From NCBI RefSeq assembly GCF_018350175.1, contig NC_058375.1, forward strand, positions 26,660,001 through 26,724,000: 64,000 nt of DNA. Direction: 5' to 3'. This document shows, piece after piece, positions 12,710 to 23,650 of the stretch. The notes beneath the pieces were generated by a model. That model ran no database searches, had not been told where the DNA came from, and was given only the letters and a program-made list of their open reading frames with translations. The DNA comes from Felis catus (Eukaryota). Within the stretch, counting starts at the first letter, position 1. Each line of letters opens with the position of its first letter. The translations under genes were made by a program, and so were the position numbers.

Positions 12710-13046
12710 CAGTTGACCTTCGAACCACANNNNNNNNNNNNNNNNNNNNNNNNNNNNNNNNNNNNNNNNNNNNNNNNNNNNNNNNNNNNNNNNNNNNNNN
12801 NNNNNNNNNNNNNNNNNNNNNNNNNNNNNNNNNNNNNNNNNNNNNNNNNNNNNNNNNNNNNNNNNNNNNNNNNNTTATATATATATAATATACAAGATAT
12901 GTGTTAATCAATGGTTATCTGTAAAGCTTGTGGTGAAAAGTAGGCTATTGGTAGTTCAGTTTTGGGCGAATCAAAAGTTACACACGGATTTTCGACTGTT
13001 CAGGAGGTGGGTACCCCTAATGCCCTCATTGTTCAGGGGTCAACTG
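12710..13046 (+). mobile_element. Tigger2-family (TcMar) non-autonomous DNA transposon
   Basis: Terminal inverted repeats cagttgaccttcgaac (12710) and gttcaggggtcaactg (ending 13046). TA on the left, TG on the right (mutated TA TSD). The interior is partly an N-gap. Confidence 0.85.
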
Positions 13047-13370
13047 TGTAGAGAAAAACACCAAAGCTCAAGTTCCGTAACCCCCCACTAGCCCCTCTGA
13101 CATCTGTTCCACGAGTCTCAGCCAAGCATGTTTATCTGTAGGACACAGGCTAAACTCATATTCCTCCATGCAGACCAAACAGTTCACACCTCTGTGCCTT
13201 CTTTTACTATGCTTTTTCATCTACCTGGAATGCCCCTCCCACCTTTCTTTACCAAAGTAGCTCTGGCTCATTTTTCCAGCTTCAGGGACACCTCCAAACA
13301 GGAAGCCTCCTAGATTGCTTAGGGCATCACTTAGCTGCTCTTCCTCTATGATCTCAAAGAAGTCAGTGCT

Positions 13371-13570
13371 GGAGTGCCTGAGTGGTTCAGTCAGTTGAGT
13401 GTCCGACTCTTGATTTCAGCTCAGGTTGTAATCTCACGGTTCATGAGATAGAGCCCTGTGTCAGGCTCTGCACTAACAGCCTGGAGCCTGCTTGGGATTC
13501 TCTCTCTCCCTCTCTCTCTGCCTCTCCCACCCTCTCTGTCAAAATAAATAAATAAACTTTAAAAAAAAAA
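13371..13570 (+). mobile_element. Can-SINE
   Basis: ggagtgcctgagtggttcagtcagttgagtgtccgac head, CT tract and A tail. Confidence 0.9.
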
Positions 13571-14184
13571 GTGCTACGCTCTGGAAGTGGAGATAGAGAG
13601 AAAGGAACAGTATAAAGAAACACGTAAATGTGTAAGAAACCATTATTAGCAGAACTTGTTCCTCAAAAGAGAGGAGAAGGAAATAGAATTGCCTAGAATA
13701 ATTAGCATTCAGCCAGCCAATCCACATGTTCTAGGCAATGGGGATGCAAAATTGACTGTGACCACCCCTGTCCCAGGAGTTTTCTGAAGAGATTGCCCGG
13801 CCCTGAAAGCAGAGGGGTCTGTGAACTGCCAAGGGAGTGACAACAGAAGCATGCACAAGTAGCCCAGAGGAGCCCAGGAAGAATCAGAGAGTGCTCACCA
13901 GAGGCACCTACCCTTGAGCTGAGTCTTAAGGGATGGCTGGTAGTTCCGTCAAGCAGAACTGAGTGGAGCTCTAGCGTACAGACTTAGGAATCAAATGTGG
14001 GTTCAAATTCTGGCCCTGCTGCCTGCTAATCTCAGAAAAGCTGTTTACATCCTTTGTTTAAACACAGGCAATAAGTTCCCATCTCCTAGGGTGGTTCTGA
14101 GTATTATATCACCTTCTGTGTATAAAGTGCTTGGCACAGTGCTTGCCCCCCCCGCCCCGAGTGCTCAGTAAATGGTCACTGGTA

Positions 14185-14820
14185 TGTTCAGTATTCCCCA
14201 AATTGCTTCCTCCTTCTGTAATGCCTGTGTCCACTGAAGGCTTTACTTATTCCCTAAGCCAAAAACCTAAATGACACCTTCAAAATCTCTTCGTCTTCGC
14301 ATTATTCCCCAAACCCAGCTTATGCTTTCTGGAATGTCTCTGAAGTTCTTCATCATCTCTTACCTGGACCACCTTAGCAACTCCCTGAGTGGTCTTCCTG
14401 CTTTCCATTGTTCCTCCCAGTCCATTTCCATTCTTAGCCAAAGGGTCTTTCAAAACCTTAAATAAAACCTTGAAATCTCCAGCTAAAACTCCCTCTCTTC
14501 CCATGGGTCCCTTCTGGCCTCTCTCTGAGCCTATCACCTACTGCCAGTCTCTGCTCTTCCCATGACCCCACATACACTTACCCTACCATTCGTTTGCCCC
14601 AGCTGGTCCCTTTGCCTGAAATGAACATCCTCCCTCTCTTCCTCTGCTGCAAAACTCTAACTTATCCTGCAAGACCCAGTTCAAAACGCCCCTCTTGCAG
14701 AAAGCTTTCCTAGAATCAACTGGCTGCTAGAGGCTCTATCCTCTGGTCTCCTCAGCCCCTCTGGGAGAGGCCTCCCTTTGTATGTACCTGTCTGTTTATA
14801 TGCCTGGCTATGGCCAAACA
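14185..14820 (+). mobile_element. L2 fragment
   Basis: Pyrimidine-rich L2-like text (cttcatcatctcttacctggac, ccctttgcctgaaatg, gaaagctttcctag). Confidence 0.5.
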
Positions 14821-15357
14821 GGGAGCAATTTAAGCAAAGGGACTGGATCTAACCCTTCACTTGCCCGTGGAGCCCAGCACATCTCCCCAGGCCTCAACAT
14901 CCAGGGACTCCCTGCCACATCAGCCCCACATGAGGAGATGTAGACGTCCTGTCTGTAGCAAGATGCCCATTACACTTGTTCAGGGCTGTCCTGTTCCTCT
15001 ATGCCAGTCCCATATACCTCATGGTCCTGGAAAACCCAGCCCAGTTTCTGGGAAAAGACATAGACCCATAAAGAGCTGTATAGTGCAGATGGTAAAACTC
15101 AGACGAAGCCACTTCTCAGCTTTGTGATTTGGGGTAAGTTTAAATTCTGAAAGCCTGTTTTCTCAGCTGTAAATGATGGTAACAATATCCACTCGAGAGG
15201 ATTGCTCTGAGTATCATCCAGTTCAAACCCAATTTTAGAGATGAGAAAACTCCATCTCAGAGAAGTAAAGTGACCCAGCCAAAGGCTCACTTGGCAAGTC
15301 CAGGGGAAATAGACAAATGGGCATTTCTAGTTGAAACTTTTGGACAGTCATCCAACC

Positions 15358-15512
15358 TAAATGTTCTCAAACCTGGCTGCCCATCAAAATCACCTGGCAC
15401 ACTTGTTAAAGACTCATTTGGGGGCAGAGAGTCTATTCACAGTCTTGGACAGGGCCCAGGAATCTGTTTGGGATCAGCTCCAAGCTGACTCACTTTGGGG
15501 AATTTGGAACAT
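15358..15512. mobile_element. MER5A-like hAT element
   Basis: gttctcaaacctggctgcccatcaaaatcacctgg..gggcccaggaatctg motifs. Confidence 0.5.
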
Positions 15513-15594
15513 ATAGGGCTCCTCTCTACCTTCCAGTGGCCTCATCTAGGCGTGTGTGTGTGTACGACCTCATGCTTTTCAGGTGGTCTCCCAC

Positions 15595-15985
15595 ACCAGC
15601 CTGGAAAATAGCTGCTTCTGCCACTCTCCTATTCAAAACCCTTCCGTGGCTCCCCGTGGCTCTCAGGACCCAGACCCACTCTCCTCAAGTTGACCCAAAA
15701 GCCCAGCATGGTCAAGCCTTTGCACTCCCAATGCTTTCCCTCCTCCTGGCCTTTGCACAGCTGTTATCAGACCTTGGAACATTCTTCCCAGCCCTGGCAC
15801 TGCTCCAGTGGCTCTTTCCAGCATTCACCCTTATTCTGTAACTGCTTGTTTACTTATCTGTTTTTCCCATAAGACCGTTAGTGCCATAGGATAGCAACTA
15901 CACTTGTTCAGGGCTATGTTCCAGGTGCTGGCCAGTGCCAACAGTGGTTCTTGATAAATACCTGCTAAATAAATGAATGAGAACT
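15595..15985 (+). mobile_element. L2 3' fragment
   Basis: aaaacccttccgtggctcccc..gcctttgcac..ttgataaatacctgctaaataaatgaatga. Confidence 0.6.
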
Positions 15986-16736
15986 GGCTAGTCCAATGTG
16001 GCCCAAAAAGGCAGTCAGAGACTTGGATGGCTCTTCTTCCTGCCTCAGGGTGACACATCAACCCCAAGGACCAGAAGGGGTTGCCAGACAGGGTGGGAGC
16101 TGTCATCAAACCCTTTCTGGACTGGGAAAGCTGTAGAGCTAAAAGCTCACGGTTTGGCATTAGACAGACCTGGGTCCACCACTATGAGCCCTGCCTGTGA
16201 CTTTGGACGGGTCACTGAACCTGTCCGGGATTTCAGCTCTCTCACCTGTCATAAGGATGAGCTCCATTCATGTAAATCACTCTCCCCCTGCCTGACCCGG
16301 AGCAAACATCCCATAAACATTAGCCATCACTACCAGGTCTGGGTTTCTTCTTAGCTTCCCAGGAAAGTTCTGTTGCCCCCCCCCCCGGCACCCCCCCCAC
16401 CAAAGTGCCCACCCAGAGGAGGCATCAGAAAAATGTGACACTAAATTGAATAATGTTTCTGCTGCTGATCAGTAGTGAGTGGAACAGAGGGAACACCGGA
16501 CCCTTCGGGGAAGGGAAACCAGTATCCATCCATGTCTAAGAATAACAGCAAACCCTGTTTATTGAGCGCAGGCCTGCCGGTGAACCAGGCTTTGGACTCT
16601 GGGTTGCCCTGTTGGTGGAGGGAAGCCTGGGAGCATTGAGAGGCAGAGAAATGGACTAAACTAGGAGGAGGAGTGAGGAGGAAACCCTCCCTTCTTCACT
16701 GCCCCCGGGCCCCTCCAGTAGGGCTCAGATCCTTCG

Positions 16737-16755
16737 CAGCCACCAGGGGGCCGAA
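16737..16755 (+). promoter_or_regulatory. CTCF motif (candidate)
   Basis: CAGCCACCAGGGGGCCGAA; the 13-nt GCCACCAGGGGGC matches the consensus. It lies about 170 bp past the DLGAP3 poly(A) signal. Confidence 0.6.
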
Positions 16756-16924
16756 TCCCCTTTGCCCCAGCTGGCTCAGGCGACTGGGCTCTCCCCATAT
16801 CAAAAGAGCGGCTACCGGCCTCCCCTCCCACACCACCCACTTCCCGACCACCCCCAGCTCCCATGCACGGGGCAGAGGTGGCTCCTTCTGGAGAGAGCAG
16901 CCGGCTCGAGTGCAGTTCTGCCGT

Positions 16925-16930
16925 TTTATT
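16925..16930 (-). terminator. DLGAP3: DLGAP3 poly(A) signal AATAAA
   Basis: Plus-strand tttatt. First AATAAA downstream of the last exon in an otherwise GC-rich 3' UTR (visible UTR about 16.9-17.55 kb). Confidence 0.75.
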
Positions 16931-17553
16931 TTTCCTGGGATACTCAAGGGGATGTGGGAACAGCCACAGGTGTGGTGAGGGGAAGCCCCGTCTCCCCTCC
17001 CCAGCAGCTGGGAAAGGGGAGAGGCCCAGGCGCCCTGGTCCTGGGTTGGTCCAGCCACTGTGGTCCCTGGGCCCGGTGGGCTGCGGGCTGAGGGTGGAGC
17101 CCCTGGGAGGGTGGGGCAGGCTCCTAGGTGGGGTTCGGGATTCTTCATAAAAAGCCACGAAGCTTGATCCCCACGAAGCCCAGCCCCGCGGGGTGGGGGG
17201 AGGGGTGGGGGGGACGCAGAGCCCAGATGGGGGACCCGGCCCGGCCTGGCCCGTGGGGGGTAGTAATGGCAGAGATGGTGCCCGTGGGGAGGAGGTGGGG
17301 ACGAAGCGTCGGACCAGGAGGGAGGGGAGTCCAGGTGGGGGCGCAGGGCGGAGAGGCACGGCCCCCAGCCCAGCCCGGGCGCCTTCGCGTGGGGTCAGGA
17401 AGGTAAAAAACCCACGAGAGTGTGACGGGCAGGAGGGGCCGGGGCGTGCGGTGCCGGCGGGGCGGGCGCACGGGGCGGCCCGCGTTCACAGTGACCTCGA
17501 CGCTGGGTGTACAGTACGGGTAGAAAACCGCGGGCCCGGGCCCAGGCTGGGCG

Positions 17554-17797
17554 NNNNNNNNNNNNNNNNNNNNNNNNNNNNNNNNNNNNNNNNNNNNNNN
17601 NNNNNNNNNNNNNNNNNNNNNNNNNNNNNNNNNNNNNNNNNNNNNNNNNNNNNNNNNNNNNNNNNNNNNNNNNNNNNNNNNNNNNNNNNNNNNNNNNNNN
17701 NNNNNNNNNNNNNNNNNNNNNNNNNNNNNNNNNNNNNNNNNNNNNNNNNNNNNNNNNNNNNNNNNNNNNNNNNNNNNNNNNNNNNNNNNNNNNNNNN
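17554..17797 (-). CDS. DLGAP3: DLGAP3 last coding exon (EEKKVPPP...QTRL), inferred to lie entirely in the N-gap
   Basis: Not visible. The previous exon ends in phase 0 at LLEPK and no match is found in 17798-18495. The 244-nt gap fits the expected ~219-nt CDS (recalled human length) plus acceptor, and 3' UTR-like sequence follows. Coordinates are gap bounds. Confidence 0.55.
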
Positions 17798-17977
17798 GGC
17801 GGCGGCTCAGTCTGGAGGTCGGGGTCCCCCCGCCCCCGATCCCGCCTCCCGTGGGACTGACACCAGGCTCCCGCGCGGGAGAACCGTCCGAAGCCGCCGC
17901 CACCGACGCCGGCCAAGAAGTCCCGGGGGTGCTTGCGGCAAGGTCAAAAGCCACTTTTCATTAAAAATTAGGAAACC

Positions 17978-17996
17978 TGGCGCCCCCTGGTGTCGC
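17978..17996 (-). promoter_or_regulatory. CTCF motif (candidate), DLGAP3 last intron
   Basis: Minus strand GCGACACCAGGGGGCGCCA; CACCAGGGGGCGCCA matches the consensus. Confidence 0.6.
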
Positions 17997-18495
17997 CGTT
18001 CGCGACTACTCGCATCAGAGCGCTCACTCCTCTGAGACGGTGGGAAGTGGGCGATATCCCCCCAGTCGGGAGGAGTGCGGCTTCCCCGACTCGTGCAAGG
18101 AAATGGGGGTTCGCTACTGGACGTCTGGGCCTCATCACAGACAACCTCTAGTGAAGTGAGGGCTGACGGGCCCGCCAAGGTCCCCGCTGTGCCTAGGTCC
18201 AAGCTAAGGGCAGTCTGGAATTTCGCTCCTCTGCTGCTTCAACCTACAGCTGGTCCTAGGCGGCTGCAGCCACCTCGGGGCTCTGGCAGCTCAGGCAGTG
18301 ATGAGCACAGGGCCAAGCAGATGGCAGTGACCAAGAGTGGGATCATATTGAAAGAAGATGGTCACCATCACCTGTCCAGGACTGCCTTTGCTCCCTGTGA
18401 ATGTCCTCTGTTCCCCTGCCTCTCCCCACAACAGGTCTGTCTGGGGAAGGGCATTTTCCAGTCTGTCCTTTTGGCTTGAAGGGACTCTCCCCTAC

Positions 18496-18639
18496 CTTAG
18501 GCTCCAGGAGTTTCCAGCTGTTGGCCTTAAGTTGCTGTAGCTCCAGGAACTTGAGGGTCACATCCTCGATAGAGAGCTGCAGGAGATCCCAAAAACCCGC
18601 CAGGTCCTGGAAGGTGGGCACGGGAAACGCAGTGGGGTC
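18496..18639 (-). CDS. DLGAP3: DLGAP3 coding exon (exon 11; GH1 domain), 144 nt
   Basis: aag|GAC..AAG|gtagg; DPTAFPVPTFQDLAGFWDLLQLSIEDVTLKFLELQQLKANSWKLLEPK, phase 0-0. Confidence 0.97.
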
Positions 18640-18876
18640 CTTTAGTGGAGAGAGACAGAGGAGAGGCAGCCAGTCAGGAAGATCTGTGCCCCAGCCAGGA
18701 CCAGAGAAAGCCCCATCCACCCTCACTGTCAGGAAGTTCAACCTGGGACAGTGGGGTGGGGGCATGAGAGCCAGCGAGACAAGAGCGAGCCCAGGCCTCT
18801 CCCTGTTGGGCACAAACACCTGGTCTCACCTCCAGGCATACGCACACCTGGTAGGCTCTAGCCCATGGGCACTCAC

Positions 18877-18968
18877 CATGCTTTGCTGACACAGCCGGAA
18901 GAACTGCTGAACTTTCTGGGACAGGAGAAGTTGTGTACTGCCCACGGCACTGCGGATCTTCTCCAGGA
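18877..18968 (-). CDS. DLGAP3: DLGAP3 coding exon (exon 10), 92 nt
   Basis: ctccag|TC CTG..ATG|gtgagt; (I)LEKIRSAVGSTQLLLSQKVQQFFRLCQQSM, phase 1-0. Confidence 0.97.
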
Positions 18969-19915
18969 CTGGAGAGCAGAAGGAGATTCAGGGAAGGGCT
19001 GGATGACACTCCTTTCCCAGCCTCCAAGATGTCTGCCCTGAATGACTCAACCTTCCCGTATCTGGCACTCTCTGTCTGTCTGTCTCCTCCAGTCCCCTCC
19101 CCATCCCATCCTCAAGTTCCTAACAAACAGCTCCTACCCCATTTCACCAGGCCAGCTGTATCCTCAGACACCAGTGTTTCTTCCTTCATACAACCTCCAT
19201 TTCGTAAGCACCTATGCTCCTGTGTCTCTCTTCCCTCCCATGTCATGGAACAGACGGAAGCCAGCCCCAACCTGGCCCTTTAGGCTTAGCCAGGCACTAG
19301 CTTGATGACCACCATCGGTCGAATTTTGTCACTCATCAGTATAGGACTCCTTGGCTCATTAAGAATTATGGAAATTTTCATATGCCTGACTCTTGTCTTC
19401 TTAGTCACTATCCCATAAATGTAGGGATTCTGACGTATGACTGTCTCCCCTCAGATGGATTTGCAGAGAAGGGCCATGGCTTCCCTCAGTCCAGGGCTGT
19501 GTCTCCTTCACCTAGGCCTCAGACAGTGATCTAACATCATGCACTGCCTTGCCCTCTGCCTTGAAGTATGGTCCGACTCGCTAGATCAGACCTGGACTCC
19601 CACACCAGCTCAGATGAGAAGAAAGTCCCCTTGATCCCCATGGACTGGGTGACTTGGACTGGCAGCCATCTCCTAAGAGGCCCAGCTCCTTCATCTGGTC
19701 ACTTTCCCTGTCCGACCTTGACCTCAGCCTCTGAAGCTGCTCCCCACTTCCTTCCAAGAGCTCCCGGCATGCCATGCTGCCAAGGGGAGACGTATGGAGG
19801 TCAAAGTCCTCACAGAGGCACACTCAAGCCCAACCAGAGGGCCCCCCCCCTGTTCCACGGCTCTCCGCCCACCCCCAGTGGTGATCTCTTCGCGCACACA
19901 GGGTCCCCCACTCAC

Positions 19916-20400
19916 TCTCCTCCGGCAGCTCATAGTCCTCCGCCTCGCGCTCCATCTGCTGGCACCAGTGCTCCAGCTTCTCCACCTCCGCCCTCAGCAT
20001 CTTGATGAACCACTCGCCATCCCGAGGGCAGGGGGACGTGCGGCCTGAGTCGGGGAGGCTACGTGAGCCGCGCTCCATCCAGGAGTCCCGACGGCTGGAC
20101 CCGGGGCCAGGGGTGGGGGCAGGGGNNNNNNNNNNNNNNNNNNNNNNNNNNNNNNNNNNNNNNNNNNNNNNNNNNNNNNNNNNNNNNNNNNNNNNNNNNN
20201 NNNNNNNNNNNNNNNNNNNNNNNNNNNNNNNNNNNNNNNNNNNNNNNNNNNNNNNNNCAGAAGCGTGCCTCTGGAAGGAACGTCCGAACTGCAGGGCCTT
20301 GTCTTCTGTGGCCACTGTGGCCAGGCCAGCCAGGCCCTCCAGCTCCAGGTCTGCCTGCACACCCGCCGTCACACTGTTGGAGCGCTTGAACCTTGCCCGC
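19916..20400 (-). CDS. DLGAP3: DLGAP3 coding exon (exon 9), 485 nt with internal N-gap
   Basis: caccag|G..GAG A|gtgagt; RARFKRSNSVTAGVQADLELEG...DGEWFIKMLRAEVEKLEHWCQQMEREAEDYELPEE. The frame is preserved across the gap, phase 2-1. Confidence 0.96.
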
Positions 20401-23052
20401 CTGGTGAGAGAGGTGGCTGTCATCCCTGCCCCTTCCTGCTCTCATCGCCATCCTCACCCCCACCCCAGGCCCAAAGGAAAAGGAAGAAGAAAAGAAACCT
20501 ACAATGTGATGGACGCTAATCCACGACCTTGAACTATACCAGCCCTTGCAGGTGGGTACAGAATTCCTGTTGCACTGCCTCTGGACAGGGGAGGTATTCA
20601 GAATATTTAACAATCTGTACTTGGTGGGCAGAAAAGATGCTGGCATACAGCAATCAGGATGGACGCACCCAAAGTGCTCAGAGCACGGCCTTGCAGAAGC
20701 AAGGGGCAAAGCGTAGGGCGAGAGAGGGACCAGGGTGGTGGCTCTTTACCAATGAACACAGAAACATTTCAGCATTTGGACAAACAGCATGCCTTTGCTA
20801 GTTTACAACAACTGCCTGGGTTTGTCTTCAGCCCTTCAGAAACGAGTAAACTAAGGCCCAGAGAGGCCATTGGTCACCCAGCTACAAAACAGCTGAGCCA
20901 GGATTTGGACCCACGGCTGCTGGCTCCACAGCCCAAGCATCTCCCAGCACACCAGCTGCTGGAACATCAGGAAGAACTGCCTTGGAGCGGCCGGAGGGTG
21001 GGGGGAGCCTGCAGCTGAAAGGACTTCTCTAGGGAGCCCCACAGCTCAGCCCAGAGCCTGGCCAGACACAGTCAGCCAGTGCCAGTGGAGTTGAATTAAG
21101 TTGTTGGCAGGAATGACATAGGGCCTGGAAATTTCTTGTCTTTGAGTTAATATGCAAATCCTCTGCAAAACAGAAAGTCAGTTGGCTTTCTTCTGTTTCA
21201 CCCCCTCCTCAGTTCAGAGTTCTTTCCTATGAAGAAGTCAGTAGCCTCTGAAGTGCATGGAGCTGGGGTCAGACAATGCTTGAAGAAGTGGGAGTCAGGA
21301 GATGTGGGGGTGGTGGGGAGGGGTGAACAGAAGTTTGACGTCTGGAAGTTTCCAGACCAAAAAAGAAAGACCCATATGTCCTAAGCTACCTCCACCCCAT
21401 TACGGTCTAAAGAAAGGGGAACTTGGGGGGCCAGCTCTAGGGACCCCTCAAGCTTCCCAGGAGTCTCCTCCAACCCCCACAACTTCAGCCTTCCTCTTGC
21501 TGCCCAGGCCTCCTCTCCCTGCCTGTCTTGCCTGCCTGCTTCCCTCCAGCTGGCGGGCTGCCTGCTGGGAGCCTGTTGCCATAGAAACCAGGCCCAGAAG
21601 GATGCTGCAGGACCCAGGAAAGAGAGATGCACTCATGTGCAGTCTCCAACAAGCCCTATGTCCCAACCCCCACCCAGAGAGACAGAGAAAGCAAGAACAT
21701 ATCCGCACTGCCTCCCACATGATCTTTACCCTGGCATCTGCTCTGTCCTGCCCTGGTCAAGATTTCTATCAGCCTCTGCCTTGATGTTGGACCAGACTCC
21801 TTTTAAGACACTTCCGTCTCCACTCAGCACAGCACCAAAGAGAAGCACTAGATGAGGAATCCGATCTGAGTTCTAACGCTGGCTTTGTTGCTGTGTGCCT
21901 TTGGGGAGTTACTCCCCTCCATCTAGTGTGTAAAATATATCATACAATATATATAATTATACATAAGCATACATGCACACATACATCCTATATAAAATGA
22001 CAGGAATGGACCAAAAATCACTAAGGTACTTCCTCTCTCAAAAATTATACCTTGCATATTTTCAGATCAGGGGCCCAACATTCCCTCACCACTGAGGGAA
22101 TGTTCCCTCCCTCCAATCCACTCAGGATTAGAGCAGTCTTCCTAAAGCTGATCTCTGCCCAGCTCATTCCCATGCCCCAAACTCTTCCACAGCTCCCCAC
22201 TGCCAACAACATAAAGTTCGGGTTTCCTCTGCTGGCATTTCCCCAATGCTAGCATCTAGTCTGGAAGCAGTCCTCTTCTCTAACCTCACCCCCCCCCCCC
22301 CGCATTCTCCTCATTCCCCAAGTCGATTACACCGGCCCTGACTCTAAGCCTTTCTGAAACGGTCTTCCTCCTCCTCCTCCTCCATCCCTCCCTGTCCATT
22401 CCCTACTCAAGTCATGTCTTCCTCTGTGAGCCTCCTGATTGCCCCCAAGACCATCCTCAGCACTGCATCTCCCTCAGCGGCCTTCTTGCATTGGGAGACA
22501 GCCCCCCCACCCCCACCCCCAGTTCAGTTCAATTGTTCTCGGTTTCAGGTGAGAGTCTTGTGTGCCTAACTGAACTGTTGGGATGCACTTTCAAAATATC
22601 CATCTTGAATATTTCTGTGCCTCTGAGCTCCCGTTAACCTTTGGCTCCTTCAGAGCTCCAGCCGTTGCAAACCACACAGGTAAAGGTGGGGCTTGCCCCA
22701 GTAAAAGACATTATTGAAGACCTGCCTTCCCTGTTTGCCTCCCTGGTACCCTCATGGAACATGGCTCTGTCCTTCAGCACCACTGGCGTGCTGCCTTTCA
22801 CCTCTGAGGGGATCCTGAGAAAATTACGTTCTGTCTTGATGGAAACAGGCCACATGGGCTGGAACAGAAGCTTGCATAAGTGCCCCAGGCTGCCTCAATG
22901 AAGCCTCTTCACCATGTCTACCTCAAGGAAGACCAAAAAAGTTAGAGCTTATGGGAATACTAGAAGCACAGTCTTTACCAATACTCCCAGCAGGGGGTCA
23001 GAAAGTGGCAGAGTTTCAGCAGGAGTCAGTCAACCTTGTGCAAGTGGTATTT

Positions 23053-23271
23053 TTCTTTAATTTTTAAAAATATTTGTTTATTTTTGAGAGAGAGACAGAG
23101 ACAGACCACAAGCAAGGGAGGGGCAGAGAGAGGGAGACACAGAATCGGAAGCAGGCTCCAGGCTCTGAGCTGTCAGCACACAGCCCGACGCAGGGCTCAA
23201 AACCATGAACTGTCAGATCATGACCTGAGCCGAATTTGGTTGCCCAACCGACTGAGCCACCCAGGCACCCC
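23053..23271 (-). mobile_element. Can-SINE
   Basis: Reverse SINE; TSD gtgcaagt(g/a)gtattt at 23038-23052 and 23272-23286. Confidence 0.92.
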
Positions 23272-23300
23272 GTGCAAGTAGTATTTAAAAGCAGCAGTGT

Positions 23301-23407
23301 AAAGCACCTGGCTGGCTCAGTCAGTGGAGCGTGCGGCTCTTGATCTGGGGGTTGTTAGGTTCAAGCCCCATGTGGGGTGTAGAGATGACTTAAGAATAAA
23401 ATCTTTT
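23301..23407 (+). mobile_element. Short tRNA-derived carnivore SINE (old monomer-like)
   Basis: gcacctggctggctcagtcagtggagc..ggttcaagcccca (A and B boxes); no CT tract. Confidence 0.7.
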
Positions 23408-23408
23408 A

Positions 23409-23567
23409 GGGGCGCCTGGGTGGCTGTCGGTTAAGCGTACAGCTTCAGTTCAGGTCATTGTCTCACGGTTCATGAGTTCGAGCCCCCCCACTGGGCTTTC
23501 TGCTGACAGCTCAGAGCCTGGAGCCTGCTTCGGATTCTGTGTCTCCCTCTCTCTGCCCCTCCCCAAC

Positions 23568-23602
<35 letters not shown>

Positions 23603-23650
23603 AAAATGAATAAACATTTAAAAAAAGAAAAAAATAAAATATTTTTTAAA
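23409..23650 (+). mobile_element. Can-SINE inserted in the tail of the preceding SINE
   Basis: ggggcgcctgggtggctg head, (CT)n tract and A-rich tail. Confidence 0.92.

Larger units (their letters stand above)
17140..18120. promoter_or_regulatory. CpG island over DLGAP3 terminal exon and flanks
   Basis: High GC and many unmutated CpGs on both sides of the N-gap. Confidence 0.7.

Noticed and set aside
16661-18035. Long ORFs (232-280 aa) on both strands over the DLGAP3 3' end
   Set aside because: Low-complexity Pro/Gly/Arg translations typical of a CpG island, partly running through Ns; no recognisable protein.
18640-18876. 237-nt intron (multiple of 3) as a possible in-frame retained intron
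   Set aside because: An in-frame TGA occurs at the 17th codon of the intron.
19612-19640. Plus-strand peptide DEKKVPLIP resembling the start of the DLGAP3 last exon (EEKKVPPPIP, recalled)
   Set aside because: It is on the wrong strand, the match is only about 5-7 residues with nothing further, and the true exon is in a gap so no nucleotide comparison is possible. Most likely chance.
22773-22793. Second RE1-like sequence TTCAGCACCACTGGCGTG
   Set aside because: Only the left half-site matches; GGACAG is absent.
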